Assembly: GCA_963727775.1 (NCBI GenBank)
Contig: CAVSHB010000002.1
Coordinates: 416,001 to 480,000 of the forward strand
Direction: 5' to 3'
Origin: an uncultured Nitrospiraceae bacterium
GTDB lineage: Bacteria > Nitrospirota > Thermodesulfovibrionia > Thermodesulfovibrionales > SM23-35
Length of the DNA: 64,000 bases
In this document: positions 1 through 9,417 of the stretch, in pieces
Position numbering within the stretch: the stretch's first letter is position 1
Layout of the letters: every line of letters begins with the position of its first letter
Made by a program: the position numbers and the translations under genes
Notes under the pieces: model-generated
What the model saw: the letters and a program-made list of their open reading frames with translations, nothing else
What the model was told of the DNA's origin: nothing
The model's database searches: none

Positions 1-580
1 TATCGTTGCCCTGTCGCAGACGAATATCAAGAGAATGCTCGCGTACTCGTCAATAGCCCATGCCGGCTATGCCCTCCTGGGTGTTATAACCGCAAATAAT
101 GAAGGGCTTGCGGGTATGATGAATTACCTCATGATCTATGCGTTTATGAATATTGGGGCCTTTGCGGTCATCATCATGCTGAGAAGCGAAGGCTTCAAGG
201 GTGAAAGCATATCCGACTATGAAGGCCTGTCAAAGACCCATCCGCTGGCCGCGATGCTCATGCTGATATTCATGTTCTCGCTTACGGGAATTCCGCCGAC
301 AGCAGGTTTTATCGGCAAGTTATATATCTTTATGAGTGCCATCAATGCGGGATACACGTGGCTTGTCGTGGTTGCCGTGATGTTCAGCGCTATTTCCGCA
401 TACTTCTATCTCAGAATTGTGATTTACATGTACATGAGGGACCCGAAAGAAACAGTTGTGTTGAGCACATCTTTTTCTAATGGAATCGCCCTTGGAATAA
501 CAGCAGTTGCGGTACTGTTTATCGGCGTCATGCCGTCATTTCTCCTTGACCTTGCCAAGGCTGCAATAAAAGGCTTCTAA
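1..580 (+). CDS. nuoN: NADH-quinone oxidoreductase subunit N (5' truncated by window)
   Basis: Frame is open from base 2 (IVALSQTNIKRMLAYSSIAHAGY); LTGIPPTAGFIGK and SAISAYFYLR motifs of NuoN. Confidence 0.93.
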   Translation, partial: IVALSQTNIKRMLAYSSIAHAGYALLGVITANNEGLAGMMNYLMIYAFMNIGAFAVIIMLRSEGFKGESISDYEGLSKTHPLAAMLMLIFMFSLTGIPPTAGFIGKLYIFMSAINAGYTWLVVVAVMFSAISAYFYLRIVIYMYMRDPKETVVLSTSFSNGIALGITAVAVLFIGVMPSFLLDLAKAAIKGF

Positions 581-592
581 GAAGTTTTTCAC

Positions 593-1228
593 TTGCTGCA
601 AGGAATGATATCCGACGGTTCTTCTTTATTGATCAACGAAACGTTACAGTCTATTCAAAGGCGGCATAGCGTCAGATCATTCACAGACCGTGAAGTCTCC
701 GATGATCTTATAACCGTCTTGCTTATGGCGGCTAATTCCGCGCCTTCCGCGCATAACCAGCAGTCATGGCGGTTTGCCGTAATTAGGGACAAGAAGAAAC
801 AGGAATTGGCGCATCTCGTAACCTCCAATGCGGGCAGCTTTCCGAAACCTGCGTCAACCCTGCTCCGAATGGCTGCGCGCAGCATCATAAGCGCCCCGGT
901 CACTATTGCTGTCGCGAACACCGGTGAGCTGATCGAGCACGGCGCCCACCTTTTCAAAATTGAGAAAGAGATGGCAAAAGATTTCTTCCGCACCATGGAG
1001 ATACAAAGTTCGGCTGCTGCTGTAGAGAATATGCTTCTGGCGGCAACATCCCTCGGACTCTCGACCGTATGGCTCGGCATCCTTTTTCTAATGAAGGACA
1101 ATGTACTCAAGTTTTTGGGCGAGCCCAAAGGGGAATTTATGGCGGTCGTTCCCGTCGGATATGCAGTCAGGCCCGGTGTTGGTCCGCAAAAGAAGTCTCT
1201 GGAGATGAAGGTCAGATATCTGAAATAG
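593..1228 (+). CDS. Nitroreductase family protein
   Basis: RRHSVRSF, APSAHNQQSWRF, ENMLLAATSLGLSTVW motifs. Confidence 0.88.
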   Translation: MLQGMISDGSSLLINETLQSIQRRHSVRSFTDREVSDDLITVLLMAANSAPSAHNQQSWRFAVIRDKKKQELAHLVTSNAGSFPKPASTLLRMAARSIISAPVTIAVANTGELIEHGAHLFKIEKEMAKDFFRTMEIQSSAAAVENMLLAATSLGLSTVWLGILFLMKDNVLKFLGEPKGEFMAVVPVGYAVRPGVGPQKKSLEMKVRYLK

Positions 1229-1243
1229 TGCCCCGGTATAAGT

Positions 1244-2317
1244 TTATTCAGTTAATCCCGTCACTGTCTTTGCATCAAGCTTCCTGAGCACAGCCGTTAC
1301 GAGCCGGACAGCATTGTCATAATCCTCCCGGTGGATAATGCCTGCGTGACTGTGGATATGACGGGTCGGAACGCCTATCACGAGATTCGGCACACCTTGG
1401 CGATGAAGGTGGATGGCGCCTGAATCCGTGCCCCCACGCTCCATCATATCGAACTGATAAGGTATCTTCAGCTCTTCAGCCGTATCAATGAAAAGGTCCC
1501 TCAGCCTGAGATTGGGCACCATCGATCCGTCACGCAGTATGATGACAGGCCCTTTGCCGAGCTTTCCCTGGGCATCCTCCTTCTTGACGTCAGGCACATC
1601 GCCCGCGACGCTTATCTCCATTGTGAGACCCACATCAGGCTCAACTACCCATGAACTCGTGCGGGCGCCGCGCAGGCCTACCTCTTCCTGAACGGTCCCG
1701 ACTCCGTACACGGTGTTGGGATGTTTTTCCTTTACGAGATTTTTGATCACCTCGATAAAGAGGGCGCAGCCGATGCGGTCATCAAACGCCTTGCCCATAT
1801 ATGTCTTGCCTGTGCCCATGACAGTGAAAGGACAGACCGGAATGACAGGATCACCGGGCCTGATGCCGAGTGCTTTCACTTCGGCATAAGAGGTTGCGCC
1901 GACATCGATATACATGTCCTTCGGCTCCTGGAGCTTTTTCCTTTCTTCTTCTGAAAGGACATGCGGCGGTTTGGAGCCGATGAGACCCTGTACGTTTCCT
2001 TCACGCGTCTTGATCACGACCCGTTGCGCGAGCATTACATGCCCCCACCATCCCCCGAGAGTACTGAACCTGATAAAGCCCTCGTCGGTGATGAGCTTCA
2101 CCATGAAACCAACTTCGTCCATATGGCCGGCGAGCATAATTCTCGGCATAGCGGCTTTTCCGTCTCTCCGGCAGACGATGCTGCCCAGACGATCCTGTTC
2201 GATAACGGTGATCTTTTTGAGATGCTGCCTTATGATCTCACGGACATGTTCTTCGTAGCCGGAAACTCCCGGCGCCTCGGTAAGCTCGCGGAGTAATTCT
2301 ATCGTTGCGTCAGCCAT
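1244..2317 (-). CDS. M42 family metallopeptidase (TET-like aminopeptidase)
   Basis: AGHMDEVG, KAFDDRIG, QEEVGLRGA, GGTD, RHIHS motifs. Confidence 0.92.
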   Translation of the reverse strand: MADATIELLRELTEAPGVSGYEEHVREIIRQHLKKITVIEQDRLGSIVCRRDGKAAMPRIMLAGHMDEVGFMVKLITDEGFIRFSTLGGWWGHVMLAQRVVIKTREGNVQGLIGSKPPHVLSEEERKKLQEPKDMYIDVGATSYAEVKALGIRPGDPVIPVCPFTVMGTGKTYMGKAFDDRIGCALFIEVIKNLVKEKHPNTVYGVGTVQEEVGLRGARTSSWVVEPDVGLTMEISVAGDVPDVKKEDAQGKLGKGPVIILRDGSMVPNLRLRDLFIDTAEELKIPYQFDMMERGGTDSGAIHLHRQGVPNLVIGVPTRHIHSHAGIIHREDYDNAVRLVTAVLRKLDAKTVTGLTE

Positions 2318-2337
2318 AAAACGACCCCTTTCAAAGA

Positions 2338-2889
2338 TTATTTTATCCTTTTTGAAATTGCCTTAAATTCTTCTGTCCCCGCCATCCTCAATAACTGAAA
2401 CAAGACTGTTTCCGCAGACGTGATAACGGCCCCGGCGTCACGCATAAATGCAATGCCTGTTCCCCAATTTTCTTTTGTCCTCGAGCACACCGCGTCCCTG
2501 ACCAAATGCACATTGAGCCCGTTATGTAAAAGCCCGATGCAGGTCTGAAGGACACATATATGGGTCTCCATCCCCGTAAGTATGACGGTTTTTTTATTGA
2601 GCTTTTTGATCTCACTGGTAAATGCAGGTTCATCACAGCAGCTGAAGGTCATTTTTTCAAGCGGCTTATATTTCGGTAATGCGTTCCTTATCTCTTCTAC
2701 AGTCCGCCCGAGCCCTTTCGGATATTGTTCGGTTACTACAACAGGGATGGCGAGTAACTTTGAAAGCTCGATAAGATGAAGACAATTATTTACAACCGCC
2801 TCCCTGGCCTTCATTATGTTTGCCAATTTTTCCTGTATGTCAACAACCAATATAAAGGCGTCATCTTTATTGAGGAAGAACTTTTCCAT
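2338..2889 (-). CDS. Isochorismatase-family hydrolase
   Basis: VVDIQEKL, TEQYPKGLG, GMETHICVLQT motifs. Confidence 0.9.
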   Translation of the reverse strand: MEKFFLNKDDAFILVVDIQEKLANIMKAREAVVNNCLHLIELSKLLAIPVVVTEQYPKGLGRTVEEIRNALPKYKPLEKMTFSCCDEPAFTSEIKKLNKKTVILTGMETHICVLQTCIGLLHNGLNVHLVRDAVCSRTKENWGTGIAFMRDAGAVITSAETVLFQLLRMAGTEEFKAISKRIK

Positions 2890-3083
2890 TCAGTTTCCTT
2901 TCGGGCAAAGTTGCAAAAGATTTAAACAGTATAATCAAGTCTTTTATAATCAATCAATACCGCCTGAAAAGGTGAGATCTCCTGGCATCTCGTTATTGAG
3001 TATTTCAGCACTGCTTGTAGGAGACAGGAACGATTCTGTATAATCTGTTGTTCAGTATAGATGATTCATGATGCATGGAATAG

Positions 3084-3188
3084 CAGAGCAGATGCAGTAT
3101 CAGAGCGGCTTTATCCCGATTTGATCGGGATACCTCGGAGGTCCGCAAAAGCGGACCGAGAATGAGCGATGATACTGCATCTGCTCTG
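3084..3188 (+). repeat. Structured dispersed repeat family 1, copy A (three-way junction)
   Basis: Perfect 19-bp IR 3084-3102/3170-3188; inner hairpins TATCCCGAT-ttg-ATCGGGATA and CTCG-gag-GTCCGC-aaaa-GCGGAC-CGAG; core shared with copies at 16766, 30075, 40324. Confidence 0.9.
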
Positions 3189-3207
3189 AGCGAGGAAAAT
3201 ATTTATA

Positions 3208-3981
3208 ATGCAGGTTAGAATGCGGAAACCAAATGATAATCTATCTTGTGATCTCCTTAACTCCTGGAAGGACAATATCTCTTTTGTCCTTGTGGAGCCG
3301 AAGGACCCCGGCAATATCGGTGCTTCTGCAAGAGCTTTGATAAATATGGGGTTCCCGAATCTTGAACTCGTTAATCCCGGACATTTCTTTACCAGCGAGG
3401 CCAAACAGATGGCCTGCCAGGGGGTTAAGGTCCTCGAAAATGCAAGGGTCCACAAGAGTTTCAGAGAGGCTGTTGAGGACAAGAATCTTGTTGTCGGTAC
3501 CACAAGAAGGCTGGGGAAGAGGCGGGGGCTTATTGTGCCGTTGAAGGAGAGTGTGAAACGAATTCTCACCGCTTCTATAAAGAATAAAGTTGCAATCCTG
3601 TTCGGCAGGGAACGCAACGGCTTGACCAACCGGGAAATAGAGGAATGCGGACTTTTAGTAACGATCCCCTCCGACCCTGATACCCCGTCGCTGAATCTTG
3701 CACAGAGTGTCATGCTGGTCGCCTACGAGCTCAGCCAGAAATCATATAAGGCCGATCTGCCGGCTATGATTAAGCATAAAGAACTTGAACCGCTTTATGC
3801 CCGAATCGAATCGACCCTCAAACTGCTTGAATTTATCCCGCGGGGCGACGCGGACCTTGAAAAGAAAATCCTGAAAAATCTCAAACACCTCATCGGCAGG
3901 GCAGGGCTGACAGAGTGGGAACTCAAGATGATGTACGGAATCTGCACTCAAGTGGAGCATAAGGTAAAAGAGAAAATATAA
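3208..3981 (+). CDS. trmJ: SPOUT RNA methyltransferase, TrmJ/LasT family
   Basis: VLVEPKDPGNIGASARA, ILFGRERNGL, SLNLAQSV motifs; start codon uncertain. Confidence 0.85.
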   Translation: MQVRMRKPNDNLSCDLLNSWKDNISFVLVEPKDPGNIGASARALINMGFPNLELVNPGHFFTSEAKQMACQGVKVLENARVHKSFREAVEDKNLVVGTTRRLGKRRGLIVPLKESVKRILTASIKNKVAILFGRERNGLTNREIEECGLLVTIPSDPDTPSLNLAQSVMLVAYELSQKSYKADLPAMIKHKELEPLYARIESTLKLLEFIPRGDADLEKKILKNLKHLIGRAGLTEWELKMMYGICTQVEHKVKEKI

Positions 3982-4730
3982 TTGTTGAATTATTTAAATA
4001 AAGTTGTACAGTATAAAATAAAGTCGTACAGTGAATATCTGGGTATATCGTGCAAAATGAAGCGTATGAAATATGATTTGATTCCACCTGCTGCCTATTT
4101 TAAGTGCCTACCATTTTACTAATGAGGGTTCTGATTTCACTTTCTCACAGTAACTCGCAAAATTGTCCAGTCTTCATAAATGCTTAGTACGCCCTGAAGT
4201 ATGCAGACCTTGACGACACCGATGTTGTTACCCGGTTAGATCACCCTGCAATCAGTCCTGTTATTCCGGCGTGAAATTCTGGTAGAAACCTTATCGACAG
4301 CCGGCAAGAAGTAAGAAGATCAGAATTTTCATAAGCGGGTGCGGATAACATTTACTTATGCGCAAAATATACGTACTGCCGCGGCATTCTGCGTAACTAT
4401 ATTATTGTGGATTATTCTATCGCAACTCGCCGAAATGATTATCGCTTGGGTACTGAAATATAGGATCAATCTTGAGTGTTAGTTGTGGCTGATCTGGCCC
4501 GGTAAATTCAATGATCCCACCCTCTAAGCTTAAAGATCTTGCCTCGACCGGTTATCTAACACACCACCTCTTTTTGGCACAGTCGGGAAATGATGTCGAC
4601 GCCACTGCCCTATGTCTATTGACTCTCATTGTTTACTTGCCGGATGGCAATGTTACTCAACATATTGCTTCCAGTTCTTCTGGTCTTGCGTTTTACACTA
4701 ACATTCTTAGTTCACCTCAGCAAAATCCTA

Positions 4731-6071
4731 GGTAGTGTCAACTATTTTGTGTAAATTTGATAAAGGGGCAAATTGGGTCGCACCTTTCCTATTGGATTTG
4801 ATCTCCAACTCAACTCCATCTTTAACGATATAAAAGCAAGAAGCCTATAACAGGCATCCTCTCCGGCTACTATCTCCATAGTCTTCGTTCTTCTCTTGAA
4901 TTCCTTGTTCAGGCGCTCAATAATGTTCGACGTCCGTAATGATATCCATTCTTCTTCCGGGAACTTGAAGAATGTCAAACAGGCGTCTATTGACTGGCCT
5001 AATGATTTCACGGCTGAGGGGAGTTCTTTGCTCCACTTCGTGTAAAAGCTCCTGTAGAATTCATCTGCCTTTCCTTTTGAAGAGGCATAGAATATAGACC
5101 TCAGATCATCTGCTACTTCCTTTTTCAATTTATGAGGTACCTTCGCCAGTACATTACGGGCCACATGCACCTGGCACCTCTGCACTTTTGCATTGGGAAA
5201 CTCTTCTTCAAATACTTTCTCCAGCCCAGAAAGCCCATCCATGATTCCCAGCCTCACCGATGACCCGTCGAGCCCTCTGCTTTTTAGATCCTTAAAAAAC
5301 TCCCTCCAGTTCGTAGCCGATTCCTTGTCGCCGCTCTGCAGACCGAGCACTAATTTCGTTCCATCCCCTGTTACCCCTATTGCTGCAAGTACGGGGACAT
5401 TCTCCACACTATACTTCAATCTCATCTTGAAGATCACGCCGTCTACAAAGATGTATTTTATTGGCTCCTGGGATAAATCACGGTTGCGCCAATTCTCTAC
5501 CCCTGCCGTCAATTCCTTGCTCGCCTTGCTCACTTCTTCATGAGATATCTCACGCCCTATAAGTCTCTTGCTTAACATCGAGAGCGTCCGCGTGCTTATC
5601 CCCGTCAGATACATCATCGACAGATCCTCCGCGATCCTGGTTTCATATCGCTTCCCACGAGGCAATACCTGTGTCTGATATTCGCCCTTCCGATCTCTAG
5701 GTACCTTTACTGCTACTTCTCCAATCCCCTTAATACAGAAGTCCCGGGGATAGCTCCCGTTGCGATGGTTGGCCTCCCCCTTGCCACGCTCATATCTTCC
5801 ACGCCCTAAAACATGCGTCAGTTCTGCCTTCATCAGGTTCGTCAAATAGTTGCCTACGTCCTTTTGCACATTCAGCGTGGCCATCTCAAATATCCTCGAC
5901 GGATTCTCCTGCAATTCTTTGATTAAATTTACGACTTCTGGTACGCTAATCTTAATTTCCATGGGTGCTCCTCCTTTTGATTTTTGTTATTGGTCTAACA
6001 AAATATTTTATAGGAGGTGCGCCCTTATTTTTCCCCTCGTTTGAATTTCACACAGTCAAGTTTACACTGTC
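4731..6071 (-). mobile_element. IS256-family insertion sequence, 1341 bp, 8-bp TSD AAATCCTA
   Basis: TSD at 4723-4730 and 6072-6079; imperfect terminal IRs GGTAGTGTCAACTATTTTGTGTAAATT vs GACAGTGTAAACTTGACTGTGTGAAATT (reverse complement of right end). Confidence 0.93.
4742..5962 (-). CDS. IS256 (Mutator-like) transposase
   Basis: RNGSYPR, VKVPRDRKG, IFVDG, IMDGLSGL, QRCQVHVARN, TSNIIERLNKEFKRRT. Confidence 0.95.
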   Translation of the reverse strand: MEIKISVPEVVNLIKELQENPSRIFEMATLNVQKDVGNYLTNLMKAELTHVLGRGRYERGKGEANHRNGSYPRDFCIKGIGEVAVKVPRDRKGEYQTQVLPRGKRYETRIAEDLSMMYLTGISTRTLSMLSKRLIGREISHEEVSKASKELTAGVENWRNRDLSQEPIKYIFVDGVIFKMRLKYSVENVPVLAAIGVTGDGTKLVLGLQSGDKESATNWREFFKDLKSRGLDGSSVRLGIMDGLSGLEKVFEEEFPNAKVQRCQVHVARNVLAKVPHKLKKEVADDLRSIFYASSKGKADEFYRSFYTKWSKELPSAVKSLGQSIDACLTFFKFPEEEWISLRTSNIIERLNKEFKRRTKTMEIVAGEDACYRLLAFISLKMELSWRSNPIGKVRPNLPLYQIYTK

Positions 6072-7425
6072 AAATCCTAACGTAATTTCTAAATTAGCCG
6101 AATACATTGGTATTTTCAAATTGGCTGAAGAATTGATCGATAATCTCAGGGAGAAAAAGGCCTTCCTAAAGGCTGTTTTAGATGTCGTCATTAAAGCGGA
6201 TAACGTTCATCATGTAATTACCCCGGAAATTATTATCAACTATTTTGACGTTATCAAAGATGTGCTTCCTGATACATATCAAGACGTCGTTAAAAGAAGT
6301 GCAGAGGGCGCCAATCTTGCCGAGATACTAACAGAATACGAGTTTCATGGTGACCTTTCAGATTTGTATTTGTTATGCCTGGACATTACAACGGAAAAGA
6401 CTCAAGAAAGTTTTGTGAAGTATCTGGCCGCAGAGATGTGCGCTCTTGATTTACAGAAATGGCTTTCTGAAGTTAAGAACACTGACTTTGTTAATCTAAC
6501 AAAAAGAATCATTAACCTCGGACAAAATGAGTGTGTTAATTATATCCATAAAAATCTCTAGTCCTTATCAAAGGATATTTGGCAAGCGGCCTTGTCTGCT
6601 AACAGTAATGTGGTTCGAATTTTGGAGCTTTTATCTGGCGATCTTAATCTGACAACTGACTTCGGCGATGCACTCCTTGAGGAATCCAAAAAGCAAATTA
6701 ATAGTGGAAAGGCACTTTGGGAAATATCTACGGCTGAACGACTTCTTAATGCACTAAATGGCCCGTTGAGATCTACCTTTCTACGGGATATGCGAGACTA
6801 TATCATAAAATATGAGAAGACTATTTCTCCTGCTATTATATTATTTGGTAAACCATTAAGTAATACTTTTGACGACGCATCAAAGGACAAAGCTGATGAT
6901 GCGTTTCGTCATTTATTTAAGGGTATTTTAGAGCGAAAAGAATCTATAGAAGTCGATTGGCTAAGCGATGTAATATCTTCAAGTGAAATTGCTGAACAAT
7001 GCGAACCAGAATCTCTTGAGTCATTTAAAACTAGACTGATAGACCTATTAAAAGATGATGCCGTAAATGAAGAAATTAAAGAAAAAGCTAAACGTATTGC
7101 GACAGCATTGGGAATAGATGTGGAGCAGATTTATTCAATAAAGGCTGATGAAAAAGAAGTTAAAGAAGTTGGAGAAAAATAAATAAGCGAGATCTATTGT
7201 TGTAACCCCAGAGGGCAATCAAAAGATTTCGATTCCCTTAGATTGGAATGTTACACAGTTTGAGGGGAACAAAATGGGGTCTTGCGGTTATGCATTTAAA
7301 ACCTTCTTTCTGAAATAGTCTCCGGGCAACAATAGACCAATCTATCTTTTCAAGGTGAAGTAAATAACATTCTGATATAATAATATAGATATCAGTCTTT
7401 AATTTTCATGATTGGAGGTTGTATC

Positions 7426-7632
7426 ATGGATCTTCTCAATTATTCTCTCTCTATTTTGATCTCGTTATTCATAGGGCTTGCCGGTTTTATCATTGTCTAC
7501 AAGATATTCGACTGGATGACTCCAGGCGTCCATTTCTCTGACCAATTAAAAGCGGACAACAAATCAGTGGCTATTTTTCTTGCCGGTCTTTTTATCGGAT
7601 TAGGTCTTCTTCTTGGTAACGCGATCAAATGA
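7426..7632 (+). CDS. Small two-TM membrane protein, DUF350-like
   Basis: SD GGAGG before ATG 7426; FDWMTPGVHF..QLKADNKSVAIFLAG pattern. Confidence 0.65.
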   Translation: MDLLNYSLSILISLFIGLAGFIIVYKIFDWMTPGVHFSDQLKADNKSVAIFLAGLFIGLGLLLGNAIK

Positions 7633-8102
7633 TTCGTCTGCGTCGTCTTTTCATCCTATTTTCTTCTCTCTTGATCGGTGGATTTCTCTTGACTTCGGGG
7701 ATTGCACAGCCCTTACAAGATCCCGACCAATCAGATACTGTGTGTTTTACAATCCAGAGAACAGCCGAAAAATATCTCGGCAAACCGTACGTATGGGGTG
7801 CTGTTGGTCTGAAGAGTTTTGACTGTTCAGGTTTTATCTGGCGCGTTATGGCTGAAAACGGGATTCTTGTGAAGAGGACAACCGCACGAAAACTCTATAT
7901 GAGCCTTCCCCGTGCTAAGAAAGGCAGTCCTTATGCCTCCGGGGTACTTGTATTTTTCGATAATCTGAAACATGTGGGTATTGTGAAAGACCGGGAATTT
8001 TTTTACCATGCCCAGGTCAGCATAGGTACGAACCTCTCAGCGTTTGAGCCATACTGGCGCCGCAAAATCTGCGGATTCAGGAGATTCCCGATACAGTCAT
8101 AA
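7629..8102 (+). CDS. NlpC/P60 family exported peptidase
   Basis: Signal peptide; YLGKPYVWGA, FDCSGFI, HVGI motifs. Confidence 0.88.
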   Translation: MIRLRRLFILFSSLLIGGFLLTSGIAQPLQDPDQSDTVCFTIQRTAEKYLGKPYVWGAVGLKSFDCSGFIWRVMAENGILVKRTTARKLYMSLPRAKKGSPYASGVLVFFDNLKHVGIVKDREFFYHAQVSIGTNLSAFEPYWRRKICGFRRFPIQS

Positions 8103-8140
8103 TCAGTTGCTGAACAGTTCACACTGTGTGAGAGGAAACG

Positions 8141-8731
8141 ATGTCATTTCAACCGAGTGCTATAGAGATTCAGCTACCTGAGTGGATCGAAAGTTTCTTG
8201 CTTGGGTACCCTGCTTATATTTTCTCAATCCAGGACCGCATGTCGTTCGTCATCGAAGCTGCGCGACTTAATGTTTCCAAAGGTACCGGAGGCCCTTTCG
8301 CAGCTGCGGTATTTGAGACTGAGTCCGGACAATTGATCTCATTGGGTGTTAATCTGGTTACCTCTCAGGGGTTATCTATCCTTCACGCGGAAATGGTGGC
8401 TTTTGCACTTGCACAGAAAAAGATAGGCAGCTACGACCTTGGCAGGCACGACTTGCCTGCTCACGAGCTCGTCACCAGTATAGAGCCATGTGCTATGTGT
8501 TTCGGCGCAATTCCCTGGTCCGGAGTGCGAAGGGTCATTGCCGGTGCCAGGGATTCTGATGCGAGAAGAATCGGCTTTGACGAAGGACCTAAACTGAAGG
8601 ACTGGAGAAGCGAGTTAGAGAAGAGAGGTATTGCTACCATCTGCGATGTCAGTCGGGAAGCTGCGGCGCAGGTTCTTCTTGACTACTCCTTACAGGGCGG
8701 AAAAATCTACAACTCGCGAGAGTCGGGATAG
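8141..8731 (+). CDS. Nucleoside/guanine deaminase-like (CMP/dCMP deaminase zinc fold)
   Basis: GGPFAA, HAE and EPCAMC motifs. Confidence 0.88.
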   Translation: MSFQPSAIEIQLPEWIESFLLGYPAYIFSIQDRMSFVIEAARLNVSKGTGGPFAAAVFETESGQLISLGVNLVTSQGLSILHAEMVAFALAQKKIGSYDLGRHDLPAHELVTSIEPCAMCFGAIPWSGVRRVIAGARDSDARRIGFDEGPKLKDWRSELEKRGIATICDVSREAAAQVLLDYSLQGGKIYNSRESG

Positions 8732-8997
8732 TGTTTGAACTGTGCTGCGCGGTAAAACGAAGTCTGCACGAGTGAGATGATTATGCCAACTTGTCATTTT
8801 CCGGGTTAACGAATATAGCATAGTGGGTTTTCTTAGAAGAGAAATTTATTGGACGTCGATGGTGAGTCAATTTTCAACGCCGCTGGACACTTTAGTCTCT
8901 TTTATTAAATTCACACCATTTGATTACTATTTATCATGAAAATTGATATAATTGTGTTTATTACAACCGCAAATTATCTAACAATAAGGAGGTCTAT

Positions 8998-9165
8998 ATG
9001 CCTGCTTACGAATATGTTTGTAAAGACTGTAACCATGAGATTACCGTTTTCCTCTCTCTTAAAGAATTTGAAGCTAAACCAAAAATTAAATGTCCTCATT
9101 GTGGAAGTGACAATGTTCAGAAAAAAATCTCGGAATTTAGTACAAAAACAAGCAAAAAGTCGTAG
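8998..9165 (+). CDS. FmdB-family zinc-ribbon protein (55 aa, not in the ORF track)
   Basis: SD AAGGAGG; MPAYEYVCKDC...KCPHCGSDNVQKKIS. Confidence 0.88.
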   Translation: MPAYEYVCKDCNHEITVFLSLKEFEAKPKIKCPHCGSDNVQKKISEFSTKTSKKS

Positions 9166-9300
9166 CTATTCTGTAAGTGTTTGCCGTTAATTGCACCCGC
9201 TATTTAGCAGCATGCTGCGTTGTTGTTTGCCGCCACATTTGCAAATGAATTGTCTCATCCCCAACTTTCATTAGTCTAACCTTTAATACAAATAAGTAGC

Positions 9301-9390
9301 ACAATTTTGTAGTGATGTAACATTAATGTAGTATGTATCGGATTCTGTTTTCTTTAAAAGCAATGCGTTACGATTGGCATGGTTTTAGAT
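9301..9390 (+). promoter_or_regulatory. Putative sigma-54 promoter with upstream activator sites and an IHF-like site
   Basis: TGGCATGGTTTTAGAT 9375-9390 (-24 GG; -12 is GA rather than GC); AAGCAATGCGTTA 9358-9370 (1 mismatch to WATCAANNNNTTR); two ACA-N4-TGTAGT motifs at 9301 and 9320. Confidence 0.55.
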
Positions 9391-9417
9391 ATATGTCCAG
9401 CTAACGGAGGAATGTAA

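Larger units (their letters stand above)
4511..7182 (+). pseudogene. Large unknown protein, disrupted by IS256 (4731-6071) and an in-frame TAG (6559-6561)
   Basis: Removing the IS plus one TSD fuses 4511-4730 in frame to 6080 onward (SSPQQNP|NVISKL); ORF 6592-7182 is in the same frame after the TAG. Confidence 0.8.

Noticed and set aside
3084..3188. Family-1 element as a hammerhead ribozyme, tRNA or simple terminator
   Set aside because: No CUGANGA/GAAA core on either strand, no T-loop or CCA, no U-tract after the stem
5965..6071. N-terminus of ORF 5965-6561
   Set aside because: It lies inside the IS end; the real coding part begins at the TSD
8936..9190. 84-aa ORF from the track
   Set aside because: Out-of-frame shadow of the FmdB-type gene 8998-9165, which has the SD and CxxC motifs
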